DNA of 64,000 nucleotides from Moniliella sp. 'wahieum' (Eukaryota): positions 124,001 through 188,000 of the forward strand of contig RSEE01000020.1 of assembly GCA_003971905.1 (NCBI GenBank), in the 5' to 3' direction. Positions 25,700 through 39,299 of this stretch are shown here, in pieces (position 1 is the first letter of the stretch; the number at the start of each line of letters is the position of its first letter). The position numbers and the translations under genes are program-made. The notes beneath the pieces are model-generated. The model saw nothing but the letters and a program-made list of their open reading frames with translations, did not search any database and had not been told where the DNA came from.

Positions 25700-26695
25700 A
25701 TGACTGTTATTGTTTGCGGAGGCGCCGGCTACATTGGCTCCCACGCCGTCGACCAGCTCATCTCGGCTGGCTACGACGTGGCCGTGGTCGACAACCTCGT
25801 CACTGGCCATCGCGCCGCGGTGCACCCCAAGGCCCGCTTTTACGAGGGCGACCTGCGCGACCGCGCGTTTTTGGACAAGGTGTTTGCCCAGGAGAAGGAC
25901 ACGCAGGGCGTGATGCACTTTGCTGCGTTTAGCGTGGTCCCTCAGAGCATGAAGGACCCTCTTCTCTACTTTAACAACAACACTGCGGCATGGTGACGCT
26001 GCTGGAGGCCATGAACGCGGCCAATGTCAAGTTCATTGTCTTTAGCTCCACCGCCGCCACCTACGGCGAGCCGAAGAGCATCCCCATCCTTGAAACCGAC
26101 CCTCAGATCCCTACCAACCCCTACGGCGAGTCGAAGCTGCAAATGGAAAAGACGATGCGGTGGTGCGACGAGGCATACGGAACCAAGTTTGTGTCGTTGC
26201 GCTACTTTAATGTGGCGGGTGCCAAGAAGATGGATCGATTGGCGAGGACCACAACCCAGAGACGCACTTGATTCCCATTGTGCTCCAAGTCGCTTCGGCG
26301 AGCGGGAGCGGATGCAGGTGTTTGGCGACGACTACCCTACCCGCGATGGCACCAACATTCGTGATTACATCCACGTTGTCGACCTTGTTGATGCTCACAT
26401 TCTTGCCCTCCAGTACCTCATCAAGGGGGGCCAGTCGGAGGCGTTCAACTTGGGCTCGGCCACTGGGTTCTCCAACTACGAAATGTTGGCTGCTGCGGGA
26501 GGTCACTGGCCACCCATCCCCGCCACTGTCGGTCCCCGCCGGCCAGGCGACCCGTCGACGTTGATTGCTTCGTCGGACAAGGCTAAGAAGATTCTGGGAT
26601 GGAAGCCCAAGTACGATGATGTCAAGGCCATCATCAAGACGGCCTGGACCTGGGAACAGACCCATCCCAAAGGCTACGATGACAAGAAGAACTGA
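25700..26695 (+). CDS. galE: UDP-glucose 4-epimerase, bacterial (Firmicutes/Lactobacillales-like) type; intronless; several 1-nt frameshifts
   Basis: [64 protein letters not shown] (YxxxK), [41 protein letters not shown]. Confidence 0.95.
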
Positions 26696-27454
26696 ACCCC
26701 CGGCCTCGCTGGGCCTTATATCTAGGACCCCCCAAAATGGCCGGCGTTGGAAGTCTTCTTTTACCTTTTCTACTATTTGAATTCATGTGCGAAAGCGTTT
26801 CGATCCGATTGCTCTTATGTCGAAGTGAACGATAATGGACATTCGTGCCACTCCCCTACTAATCGTCGAAGTGGTGAATGTAGAAACTCGGAAGAGAACG
26901 AGTGAGATCAATTGCCGAGCGACTGCGTCCTGGTGCATTTCTAGCGGCTTGTCTCTTGAAGCATTCGCGAGTTGGTTGAACGCTGTCAATCTGTCACATG
27001 GCATGTCACATGTCAACAGGCATCCTGCCCCTGGCCACTGCCCGTTTTTACAGCAACCATACGGTGGTGTCTGATGGTGGCTTGGGTTCAGTGGCATCCA
27101 GCACAACTCAATGATCTCGTTGCCATCGTAAAAGGAAACCGTTTTCCTCGTTACTTCTGTCCCCCCCTACCTTTTCCTCCCACAACAGGCACAGGTAATG
27201 CGTAATGTGCGATGAATGGATTTGGAGTAAGGTTTTGGCCATTGTCAATTGGATGCTGTGAGGCCTGAGGCCTGAGGTAGCCCACATCAAAAAAGCTTGT
27301 CGTAGTTGTAAGAATAGGAAGACCACATATCATACTAGTACTTAGGGGTAGCCATCCGAGTCAAACGTATAGACTCGCACGGAGCTGGGAGACGCTCGAT
27401 ATACGCAGCAGTCAGGAATCCTGAATCCGATGGGTGAAGACGTGGACAAGGAAG

Positions 27455-28633
27455 TTACGCCTTGTAGAAGCTCTCACTAACGTGGGGAATTAGTATCTGT
27501 TCACCAAAAAAGCAAGGGAGGGATGGGGGAACGGCACGTACAGTTCTTCCACGTCCTCCTTGGATCCGAGGAAAATACCGGTGCGGGAGTGAATGCCATC
27601 TGGCTGGATGTCCAGTACCCTCATTGTACCCGTCGTGGCCTTGCCACCCGCCTGAAACCAACCAAGTCAGTGACAATCCCCATGATGCAAAAAAACAAAA
27701 ACAAAGACACAGAGCGCAGAGGGGCACGACGTACCTGCTCGACCAAAAGCGACATGGGGAAGGCTTCATAGAGAATCCGCAGCTTGCCCGTCTTGCTCTT
27801 GCTATCGGCGGGGTATCCGAAAATGCCGCCATAGAGCAAGGTACGGTGCACGTCGGCAACCATGGAGCCAATGTAGCGTGCCGAGTAAGGCTTGCGGCCA
27901 TCCTTGGGGTACTTGACGTGCTCCAGGTACTTGAGCGTGGGCTGGTCATAGTAGGCAGAGTTTCCCTCGTTGATAGAGTAAATCTTGCCCCGCGAAGGGA
28001 TTTGAATGTTGGGGTGGGTGAGGATGAACTCGCCCAAGGCATTGTCCAACGTGAATCCATTGACACCCTTGCCTGTTGTCAGCACCAAATTGGCCGAGGA
28101 GCCGTACATGCAGTAGCCTGCAGCGACCATCTCGTTGCCGGGCGCAGGACATCGGAGAGGGAGCCCTCGCTGTTGGGCTTGACCGCATAGATGCCAAAGA
28201 TGGTGCCAATGTTGACACCAGCGTCAATGTTGGAACTGCCGTCAAGGGGGTCGAACACGACACAGTACCGCCCCACCGTGGCCTTGGGTGAGTCTTTGAC
28301 AAAGATGGCCTGCTCCAGCTCTTCCGACACGAGCACCGCAGTCTTGCCACTGGCACGGAGTGCGTTGATCATAATCTCGTTGCTGAGCACGTCCAATTTC
28401 TTCTGGTCCTCCCCCTGCACATTCTCAGCGCCGGCAAGACCAACCAGGTTGATCAAGCTGGCCTTGCGCACATTGGACTCGATAAACTTGCACGTGGTTT
28501 GGAGCGCGGTGAGGAGGATGGTCAGATCGCCCGATACATCCTCGTTGGTCATCCGCGCCTCAATTTCCGACTGGAGCACCCAGCGTGTGAGGGTGATGAG
28601 GTCGGTCTCGGGGGGGAAGTAGTCGGCGGTCAT
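27455..28633 (-). CDS. FBP1: Fructose-1,6-bisphosphatase class I; introns 27652-27734 and 27477-27541
   Basis: [63 protein letters not shown]; splicing yields the C-terminus ELESFYKA*. Confidence 0.96.
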
Positions 28634-30537
28634 GACAGGCAGGCAGAAGAAGGCAAGCAGAGGGGGAAGAGGGGAGGATGGGGAGAGAGGAAGAAGGGGA
28701 AAGACGGACCAAGCGACCCGGAAGCGTCGGCTCTTTTAAAGCACCGCCGCTGCCCACCTGCCACCATACCGGCAACTCAAGCCATTCACGCCCAGGCCAC
28801 CGCGGGAGTGTGTCGCCACCAGCCGCCTTGTTTGTGGCCCGCTCAGCGCTCAACGCGGCTTGCAGCTTGAAGCATGACTCGCTGGCCGCAGAAGCGGGGA
28901 AACGCGGGGTGTGGGGAAGGCACAGCGCCAGTATCAGCCTCTCGGCTCCATGCGGTCCGATCGGGGGGGGACAGTGGCGCCGGGCGGGCACCCGAGGTGC
29001 TTGCGGCAGTGGTGAGGAGCGCTGAGCCGACGCGGTGCCCGAGCGGGGGTCACACTGGCCCCCTGCCTGCGGCCCTGGCGACGCAGGGTGCTGTCCAAGG
29101 CGCGGCGCGTGCATGCGGAGCTGGATCCTGGGGAGCAGCCGGGGGGCAGCACTGGGGCAGCCCGAAGGGACGCCCCCCCTGCAGCTGGCAGGCCCCCAGC
29201 CTCCCCTGCATGGCCTGCGTGGCCACGGCATGGCCACTGCCTGGCCACTGCATACCCCGGCACCAGGCGCGTGCCTGGTGCATCCGGGACGCTCCGGGCG
29301 CCGCACCCGCGTACCGCCCTCCCGCCCTCCCGCCCCATCGCACTGGCCGTGCACATCCAATGTCCACGCTCCAAGCTTCAAGCTAGCTTCAAGCACCCGC
29401 CGCCCGCCACCCGCCGCCCGCCACCCGCCGCCCGCCACCCGCCGCCCGAGACACATACCGCCGCAGGAAGCACAGCGCGGCATGCTGCGGAACCTGCTTG
29501 ATTCATGATTAATCATCAAAATCATCCGCCAGCATCTCCTGCCCTGGGCAATGTGCTTTTGGCGCCGCACCCAGACCTCCAGCTGCTGAGCCTCTGCAGC
29601 TTACATGGCACATATCCGGATGGGCAAACATCGACAAGGATCTGTTCGGCAGCAGGCCGATGCGCAAGCCACTCTTGACCCTGCCTCGTCGCGCACCTGC
29701 GTCCATATCGCGAAAGCGGGAAAGCTTATTCGAGCGAGACGAAGAGCCAAAGTTAGTTGTCAGGACGACTGCAATCCACAACGGGTTTTGTTTGGGAGGC
29801 AAAAAATAATAGGGGAAGAAAAGGTGTGCTCGCGTACTTAGGGATAGAGACAGCCATTGGTTCCGAGGATATTGTGTTGCATCCACGTTTCCCTCGTTCT
29901 TGTCCATGAATCAGTTGCCGAGATGAGGTTTGCCGTGTGCGAGATGGGGAAGGTGGGGAGAGACGGATGGGCCATCAGAAGCAATCGCGTTCGCTTGAGT
30001 GCGGGTACACCAACCTATCATTAGTCGGCAAAAGGGGCCCGCTTCACTTTTTTGAGTGCAAGGGACTCAAGTCGTGGCATAGTCTAGTGATGCTACTAAC
30101 TCGAGGAATTCGAGCAAATACCGATACATAATGTCCACCACATGGACTATACCTCTCGGTTCCGATGCAAACTATCATTAATTAAGGAATGACTCATTTG
30201 GATGTTCCAGAACAAGGCAAAACGCCCCCCCACCCCGCCTCTTACCGACAGGCCTTGTATTGCCACTGCCTCATCCCGGGGTATCGAGCATGGCATATGG
30301 CATCGAAGGGTGGGATGCAATGGCAGTTGAGTTTGCGTGATGCGTAGATGATTGGATAACAGGGAGGGACAAGCACAGGGAAGAATGCGGGGGGAGAGGG
30401 GTGGGGGGTGAAGGTTGAACTGTGGGCACTGTTTAAAGCAAGAAGTGCAATGGGCAATGCAGTGTGGGACAGCCACCCGCGAGCTGCGGTCCAACATCGT
30501 GAACGATAAGAAGGAGAGGGACAAACGAGGGAACACA

Positions 30538-31166
30538 TTATAGTTGCAGCAGCGGCATGTCCCCACGTGCTGCACCACATCCTTCCACATTTTCCATTTT
30601 GCCTGTTCTTCCGAAGAGAATTGCTGCCACTTGGCGAGCCAGCTGGTGATGCGGGTTCGGTATTGCTCGACATCCTGCGCACGTACCTGTCGTACCGCCA
30701 CCTTGGCTTCCGCCGGATGAGGCGAACGGTCGAGTAACAACAGTCCCGCCAACGCCAGCACATACAACCCGCAATCCGATTCGTTTTCCTGCGGCTCCAA
30801 CTCGTCCGCCTCTTCCAACGGAGACAGCCCGTGCTTCGCAGTGGGGCAAAAGCACGTGCACCACCGCTCCCACACGCGCCAGGCACTCTCCCGGTTGGTG
30901 GGAACCATGGAATCGTAGTGCCGTGCCTTAGCCTTCTTGCCCTTATCCGCGCCCGTGATGACAATCAGCGACCAGTGCGAGCCGCCCTCGGCCTCGGGTG
31001 CCGGCAGGGACTCTGACGAGTAGCCATCGTTGACAGGAAGCATGACAATTGGCTTGGTGGGGTGGGAAGAGGGCGCGCGCTTGGTCCGGTGGCGTGCCTG
31101 CAAATCCCAGCAATGGAGAGAGCCACAGAATAAAGAAGGAAGAAGAAGAGAAGAAGAAGAGAAGAA

Positions 31167-31198
<32 letters not shown>

Positions 31199-32622
31199 AG
31201 AATATGTCAGAACGTCAATCTTGTTAGCCAAGTCAAGATCACATACCTCCGGCAACGCCGACATGAGCTCACCACACTGGGAGGCCAGAGAGATGCCGAG
31301 CAGGTACCTGGTCTAGAATTGGGCCTCGACAGCTCAAACCAAAAGGACAGCACATTGTCCGAGAGCCACTCATTGGGACCGAGCGTAAAAAGTCATACTC
31401 TTTCAGACTACCCGAGCGGAAGGTACCACGGCATATTGCCAATGGCTGGCTGGATCAGGCGGCTGCACCGGGGGCTGGTTCCTGGGGTGGGGCGCCAGAT
31501 GGGAGCGTGCGGCATCTTGCTCTTCGGGAAGAGGTGGTTGCTTCAGCTTCCATTTCCGCCGAGGAGGACAGCGGATGGTTCTGGGGATTACTGTTCGCCG
31601 TCTGGACAACCATCTGCCCTGAAGCAGAAGCAGAACGGGTGGCGGTATCATCACTACCAACGGGATTAGCGTGGGTGAGAGAGATGGGGGCAGGACCAGG
31701 AGTCGCGGGCGTAGCTGCTGGTGCTGATTCCGTACGCGACGGTTCCTCTTCCTCGGGCCAAGCGCGAAGGGTAGACTGCCCCCCGTGAGCCGAAGAGGGC
31801 GGAGGCAGCGCATGAGACGTATCGGTACTACCGCTGGTACCATCGGGCATGGCAGATGCGGCGGACTCGGGGCTGTCCCTTGAGCCGGCATGGGCGTCTT
31901 CGAGCTCCATGCGTCCCGGAGGACGAAGGGCGGGCGGCAGAGGAGGTGGGTAGAGCCTTAGCATGAGACCGCGGGATGATACCGGCCCAGCTGGGGCGGT
32001 GTGGGTCGCAAACGTCCCAGCCGCTTGCGCCCTGCCTCCTTGGGACTGTCACTGCCACCACTGCCAAACGTCCGGGATAGATGGCCGCCCACATGACCAA
32101 CAAGCGCGGACAAAGACACGTCCCGCCGTGAATCGGGAGAAGGGGTGCGTCGGAGAGAGCCAAACGAACCACTGCGCCCGCCCGATTTTTTGGAGCCCAT
32201 GGCCTCGGACGGTGAAAGGCGGGACGCACTGGGGCTGGTACTTGCACGGGCGAGGGAGGGAGGGTGGGCGTGAGAGTTGGGTTTGGTGGAAGGCATGGGT
32301 GGGTGCATGGCCATTAATAGGAGTGACTGCATCGGTACCAGAACTGAGGCTTGCAGTGCCCACAGAAGCTGTGGTGGGGGCAGGCGGCGCTGAAGCAAGC
32401 GCAGGAGCCCGGGCTGAAACAGGGGCATGGGCAGAGGCCGTGTGAGGGGACGGAACAGAGGCAGGTTCCGGGGGGAGGTAGGCAAGGCGGATTTAGGAGC
32501 AGGAGATGGCGATGCGGATGGCGGCGCGGATGGCGGGCTAGAAGGCGATGGCGATGGCGACGGCGATGGCGTGTCCCGGTGTGGGTTGAGCCTGTCGGCC
32601 AGGCCACGAAGGAGGCCGCCAT
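30538..32622 (-). CDS. Ulp1/C48-family cysteine protease, NEDP1/SENP8-like, with long low-complexity N-terminal extension; probable intron 31098-31246
   Basis: WLSDNVLSFWFE, IVMLPVND, GGSHWSLIV, HYDS, QENESDCGLYV (His-Asp-Cys triad). Start position uncertain. Confidence 0.8.
31128..31203. repeat. Purine-rich (GAA)n/(GAAA)n microsatellite inside the protease intron
   Basis: Seen directly. Confidence 0.9.
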
Positions 32623-33830
32623 TTTGGTGGATGCGACGGCAGGGATTTGGCCTGAGGCGGCAACACCTGAGGTTGAAGGGGGAGGCGATGCGTTCCCTGG
32701 GTGAGTTGTGCGCGCTGCCAGCTGCTTGCGGCGGGCTTGGAGAGACGGTGGTAGACCAAAGGAGAAATTGGGCGCATGGTTTGGGTTTGTGCACGATGGC
32801 CCAATTATAGGTGTACCTGTTCGCGTTGCCGACGGAGTGATGGCATCGGTGACGGGGAGAAGTCACATGTCACCTTGTCACCCTGGTGGGACAATAGACT
32901 GCTATGGGCGCAGCGGCTGAGACTCGCATACCAGGGAATACGCTGGCCGCCACGGAGATCCAGAGAGCGGCGGAACGGCCCCGTCCCTGGTCAGCATGTC
33001 AGGTAACCTTGACTCAGGCCCTCAGGCTTCAGGAGCTTCAAGCTTCACGTTCAAGTCGCAAGTTCAGGGCCATGTCATGCGTACCGTGGCGTTTCATTCT
33101 TCGTGTCACCGGTCACCGGTGACCTCACCCCTGTGCTTCCGTTCTCCTGCACCTGCTTCCGCTCCTTCTCCCGCGCCGCCATCCCGTTATGCGCACCGGT
33201 GGCAGCGCCCGCCCAACATGTTGTTCACGCATTGTACCTTTGCGACCCAGACTGCAGCTCAGTACGGATTCCGGACGCTGAATCATTCAGCAACACGCAG
33301 TGTACACTGGCCCCACGTCACCAGTACTCAACTCGGTTCACTAGTTAACTCAGTGGCTCGCGCGCACTCCGCGCCTCAGTTACTCAGATTCCGCTTGGTA
33401 CTTGGCCAGCACACGGCGCTGCTGAGCCTGAGGGCTCGCTCAGCGAGCCACCCTTGGGCCTTCGGGCGATTTCTCCCCCCACTCGCGCAGTGCTGAGGCT
33501 GGCTTCCATTGCCAGAGCCCAGATGCCCCCCTGGCCCATCGGGAGGGGCAGTGCTAGCTCATATGACGTCATCGCACGTGAGTTCAACGTTCAAAATACG
33601 TCACGTGATCTATCGCTTGCCCTCGACCAAGCGGTCGACGACACTTGGCCTACCATCAAGTCCTCCATCCAACCTCTTTTGCCCGGCCGCATCCGCCTCG
33701 GCAGTCGCTGCCCTCTCCTCCACTCTGCCGCACCTTGCCCCGCGCGTATCTGCTTCCCACTCGGCACGCGCCGCCTCGCCGCGCCGGTCTGATTGCTTTG
33801 CCCCGCCGCTGCTTGACCGCGACCCCTGCC

Positions 33831-34997
33831 ATGGCGTCTCCTCGGCCTGCCCCGCCGCCGGGCTTGCCGCCCATGATCGACATTGGCTCCAACTTGCTGG
33901 ACTCTATGTTCCAGGGCGTTTACAACAGCAAGCAGGCTCACGAGCCTGACCTCCTCGATGTGCTCCACCGAGCCCGCAAGGCCGGTGTGGTCCAACAGCT
34001 TGTCACCGCTGGCTCCCTCGACGAGGCCAACCAGGCCCTGACCCTCGTCGCTGCTCATGGTACGTGTGTGGCCTTTGTTCGCTGTGCCCCTGCCCCCCCA
34101 AGATTTCCTCGACGCGGCGTACTGACTCCCCCGTGTTCTTGCAGATGACCTATTCTGTACCCCGGCTGCCATCCGACACGGGCCCGTGAGATGATGCAAT
34201 TCCCCAGGGTGCAGCCGCCTATGTCGGGCAGCTGCGGTCCTTGTTGGACCTCCATTCGTCCCGCGCGTCTAGCACGGGAAAGATTGTGGCGGTAGGGGAA
34301 TGTGGGCTGGACTATGACCGTCTTCACTTTAGTTCGGCCGAGGAGCAGAAGCAGGCATTTGAAGCGCAGTTGATCTTGGCCGAGCAAACCCGTCTTCCTC
34401 TCTTTCTCCATTCCCGCGCCGCCCATACCGACCTGGTCGCGCTTCTGCGCCCACACTTGGAAGCACTTCAGCAAGCCATAGCGGCCCCGTTGGCGTGGTG
34501 CATTCCTTTACGGGTACGGTGGAGGAGATGGAGGAATTGGTCGGACTCGGACTGTACATTGGCTTGAACGGCTGCAGTCTCAAGACGGAAGAAAACCTAA
34601 AGGTGGCACGTGCGGTCCCCCTGGACCGGCTCATGCTCGAAACCGATGCACCATGGTGCGAGCTACGACCTACCCATGCCTCCGCCACAGTGCTGGCTCC
34701 CTTCAAAGCCAAGTTTGCCGCCCCTGCCAAGCCGCAGGGCAAAAAGGGCAAAGCGACTACACCTGCCTCGCTTGCTGCGGACGCGGCGCCAAACGAAGAG
34801 GAAACGGCCATGTACACTGCTTACTTTCCCCGCAGGTCAAGAAAGAAAAGTGGGTGAGCGGGAGCAGTGTGAAGAGCCGGAACGAGCCCTCGGCCATTGG
34901 GCAGGTGGCCCTCGTCGTGGCCGGGCTAAAGGGGGTGCCGGTGGAGGAAGTGGCGCAACAAGCAACCGCAAACACAAGACGTATGTTTGGCCTGTAA
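33831..34997 (+). CDS. TatD-family nuclease (TATDN1-like); intron 34060-34144
   Basis: [80 protein letters not shown]. Confidence 0.93.
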
Positions 34998-35845
34998 TGC
35001 AGAAAAAAGAAACCCAGCGATTGGGGAACGATGTGTCCTTGGCATGAAAGAGATAGGCGTAACCAGTTTTGAGGGGCAGTCCCACCGTTCCTGCGCGCGC
35101 ATCCACCCGCGCTTGTAGGATCTCCCTTCATCTTCCACTATTGGTGTCTTCAGAAGATTGACTCCTAGTGATTTGGATCTGTCGGACACCATCATGCTGT
35201 TGATTGTCCCACGAGTATACGCCGGAGAGAATGGAATGGAAGGAGGAGACATCGATTCCTACTAATAACTTCAGCGTGGCATCGACTCTTTTATGGCCAG
35301 GTCCACTGCTGCGACTACGTACCATCCTTTTCCCGTCAGCATGAGCCAGTGCCAGTAGGCCGCATGTAGTCCTTAGCACCTAGGGTGAATATGTACGCAC
35401 AAGGAGACCACCGGGCCGACGGCCCGGTCAGCTGGGGCTTCGCCCAGCTTGGTGCTTGGTGCTTGGTGCTTGTATGTACGCATTCTGTGCTATGAAGGTC
35501 TGGCGAGTGGGGATCATCGATCACAGCACTAAAAGCGGCAAGGGGAGAGGGGCCGGTTACCATTATTTAGGGCTGAGAAGGCACGCTGATTGCCCCATTT
35601 CCATTCCTTTCGAGGTTCTGACGGAATGGAATCATGGAAATGACGGGGCCCAAACAAAATGACGAGATGCTACAGCCACACTATATGGTTCTGGCATGGC
35701 GAGAACGCATGGATGTGGTCTCCTTGTTGTTGCTCCTGTTCACAGCTTCCTATTCTTGAAGCTTGCAAAGGCGTTGGAATCAGATGCGAGGGGTTCTAGA
35801 GTACAAAAAGCGCGCGAGAGGACAGATGCAGTGATGGTGAGGGTG

Positions 35846-37192
35846 TTACGAGCGCCACTGAAGAAAAAGCAAAACGGTCAGTTGCTCCTGCGGTGGCAAA
35901 TAAGATTGGAACGTACAGAGATGAGTGGGGCATCCGTCCGGAAGCGCTGGGTGGTGGTCGACTTGCTCAGCGGCGTTTCTTGTCCCATCCTGCGAGCCAG
36001 GAGCCCTGCATGCGCAATCATGATCCCATTGTCGATGCAGAACCGCTCATCAGTAGCAAAGACGCTCCCTCCTCGCTCCGCGGCCATAGTGCCCATCATT
36101 TGTTGCAAACGGGCGTTGGAGCCGACCCCCAACGATTAGGACCTCTTTGGAGCCAACATGGGCCATGGCTCGCTCAGTAATCTCAACCAGCATCGCAAAC
36201 ACGGTCTCTTGCAGTGTAAAGCACAAGTCAGCGGGTGTAATCACATCCTCCTCCTTCGATGCAAGGACCGCCTCTTGCGTGGCGGAAGGCAGAGACGATT
36301 GGGCGTGACCGACGTGACGGCCATCTCCACTGACGCCTGTTCCGTTGGCTAGCGACCCCCTTCGCCCGCCGGTACACGGGCTTGGTTGGGTCGAAAGCGG
36401 GCGTCACGCGTGTAACTTTCGACAGCGGCCAGAATTCCGCCAAGGGCCAAGTCCATCCCTTTGGTAGTGTAGGGAAGAGAGAGAAAACGCTTCCCGCTAC
36501 GTGCCTCCAGCTCGATGTTTTGACCCGGACTGGGGTCGTTGGAGAGACCAATGACGCGCGCAAACCGGTCCAGGCAATTGCCCACGGCAATGTCGAGCGT
36601 TTCGCCAAAAATACGATACCGCTGAGCCGAATAGGCAATCACTTGGGTGTTGCCCCCGCTGACGTAGAGCACAACAGGATTGCTGGCGCCGGTGATGGTC
36701 CGTCCCATTTCAATGTGGCCCACACAATGGTTCACCCCAATGAGCGGCTTGTTGTACAGAAGAGAAAGAGTGCGGGCAATAAAGGAGACAGCCTGCAATG
36801 GTGCGCCCATACCAGGACCTGGAGGCACGGCGGAGGAGCCAGTCAGTTGGGCAAGTCGGGCGAAGTGGGAATGGGGAGGGGGACGTACCCTTAGTAAATG
36901 CAATGCACTCCACGCTTTCCAGGCCATCGGGAAGGCCGGACGAGTTGACTGCCTCCTGAACGACCTGTAGGATCCAAGCCTTGTGGTGCTTGGCTGTATC
37001 GCCCGGTTGGAAGCCGGTGCCCGGTGGGGTGACATAGGTGTGGCGCACGTTGGACAGGACGTCGACCGAGCCGTCGGGGTTGTGGCGGACAATACCGGCG
37101 CCCAGCTTGTTGGCCGAACCCTCGAGCCCGAGAGCAATGGGGTGGGACAAGGTAGGGAGCGGGTCGACGGCGGCGGCGGCAGTAGCAGCCAT
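35846..37192 (-). CDS. KAE1: tRNA N6-adenosine threonylcarbamoyltransferase (KEOPS subunit Kae1/OSGEP); introns 36819-36888 and 35858-35916
   Basis: [89 protein letters not shown]. Confidence 0.96.
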
Positions 37193-37535
37193 GGCGCGGC
37201 GAGACGGGGGGGGGGGGGGGTAGATCCTCCCAGCAGATGGATGCAGTGAGGAGGATTGATCAGTGGTCTTTTTTGCTTTTGAATTGGCGGAATGGCGGAG
37301 AAGCGGAATGGCGGCGGGGCGGATCGGGAGTGGCGCACCAGGCAGTCGGTGGCGCTTGCGAGCTAACGCGCTAACGCGAGGCAGGCCAGGGCAGGTTAGG
37401 CCTACCTTAGGCCTTGAGGCAGCCCAGCGACACGCCGCGCGCGGACCACAAAGAGGAGCGTGACGCGTGACGGTCGATGAGCGCGCCCCAGACGGCTTTG
37501 GTGTCCCCGTCCGTATCCCCACCACCACCGTCAAC
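37193..37535. promoter_or_regulatory. Probable bidirectional promoter between head-to-head KAE1 and CCT7
   Basis: Divergent start codons about 340 nt apart. Confidence 0.5.
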
Positions 37536-39209
37536 ATGGCCGGCCGCTTGGGTATGATGCAACCCCCTGTCTTTGTCCTCCGGGAGGGCACCGATACGTC
37601 CCAAGGAACAGGCCAGCTGCTGAGCAACATTGGTGCGTGCCAACCGTTGTTGATTGCGTCGCCTCAACCCTTGGCCCCCGCGGGATGGACAAGCTTATCA
37701 TTGACAGCCGGGGCAAAAGCACCATCTCCAACGACGGCGCGACGATTCTCAAGCTGCTCGAGATTGTTCATCCTGCTGCGCGTACCCTGGTTGATATTGC
37801 CCGGGCTCAAGATGCCGAGGTCGGAGACGGGACGACGTCTGTTGTGCTCCTGGCCGGTGAGATGCTCAAGGAAGCCCGCCCCTTTGTTGAGGATGGCGTT
37901 TCGCCCCACATCATTATCCGTGCCTTCCGCACTGCGGCTCAACTGGCTGTCGAGCGCGTCAAGCAACTGTCCGTCGCTATTGACCGCAACGATCCCGAAG
38001 GCTTCCGCGCCTGCTGATGAAATGCGCCGGTACGGCCATGAGCTCCAAGTTGATTGTCTCACAGCGCGCTTTCTTTAGCAACATGGTTGTCGACGCCGTT
38101 CAGGCACTGGACCAGGATGATCTAGACGAGAACCTGATTGGAGTCAAAAAGGTGCCCGGCGGTGGGATGCAAGATTCCGTTTTGGTCAAGGGCGTAGCGT
38201 TTAAGAAGACGTTTGCCTATGCTGGCTTTGAGCAACAGCCAAACGGTTCGCCAACCCCAATTCTCAATCTCAATGTGGAGCTTGAGTTGAAGGCAGAGAA
38301 GGACAATGCTGAGGTTCGAATCAATGAGGTGAGCGAGTACCAAGCTATCGTCGATGCCGAGTGGAACATTATCTATGCCAAACTCGAAGCGATCGTCAAA
38401 TCGGGGGCACAGGTGGTCTTGTCCAAGTTGCCCATTGGCGATCTGGCTACACAGTACTTTGCCGACCGCAACATCTTTTGTGCGGGCCGTGTCGCAGCCG
38501 ATGACATGCAACGCGTGATTCAAGCTGTCGGGGGTTCGGTGCAGTCACCGTATCTGACCTACGCCCGGAGCACCTCGGTACTTGCGAGCTCTTCGAGGAG
38601 CGCCAGATCGGCTCGGAGCGATTCAATCTTTTCGAAGGCTGTCATTCTGCCAAAACCTGCACCTTATCCTCCGTGGCGGGGCTGAGCATTCATTGCTGAG
38701 GTGGCGCTCCCTCCACGATGCCATCATGATCGTCAAGCGTGCGATCAAGAATGGTTTCGATCGTTGCCGGCGGCGGCGCTGTGGAGATGGAACTGTCCAA
38801 GTATCTGCGTGATTACGCACGGACCATCCAGGGGAAGCAGCAGCTAATCATTGGTGCCTTTGCCAAGGCGCTCGAAGTGATTCCGCGGCAAATTGCGGAC
38901 AATGCCGGGCTGGATGCTACGGATTTTTGAATCAGCTGAGGATGCGGCATGCTCAAGGCCATGCTTGGGATGGGATTGATATGGATACCGACGGGGTGGC
39001 TACAACTTGGAAAAGTTTGTCTGGGAACCATCGCTGGTCAAGATCAACGCAATTCTTCAGCTGCAGAAGCTGCCACTCTCATCCTTTCCGTCGATGAGAC
39101 GATCAAGAACCAGCAATCCGAGCGACCCAACCCAGGACCCCCAGCGCCGCCTGGAACTGCGCAGCGCGCGTTGCGCGGGGCCGGTCGCCGAACCGGTGGG
39201 CGACGGTAA
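37536..39209 (+). CDS. CCT7: T-complex protein 1 subunit eta (chaperonin CCT); frameshifted
   Basis: [90 protein letters not shown]. Confidence 0.96.
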
Positions 39210-39299
39210 GTGGCTGCCTATGCCACCAGGGCTGGTCTTTTCTTCTCGTGTCTCCCTACCTTGTACTTTTTCCCGCACCAAATGAGCCCCGTGTTCCTC

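Noticed and set aside
25700..28633. galE plus FBP1 as a sugar-metabolism gene cluster
   Set aside because: The genes are convergent, act in different pathways and have no GAL1/GAL7 or transporter nearby. Adjacency alone is not evidence.
28700..29570. Overlapping ORFs and CCCGCCA/CCCGCCG repeats upstream of FBP1
   Set aside because: Very GC-rich promoter-region sequence. The ORFs are a composition effect and the repeat at ~29395-29447 is simple sequence.
20913..34997. DNA-repair cluster (SRAP, TatD, NEDP1-like)
   Set aside because: The genes are separated by unrelated loci over 14 kb, consistent with chance.
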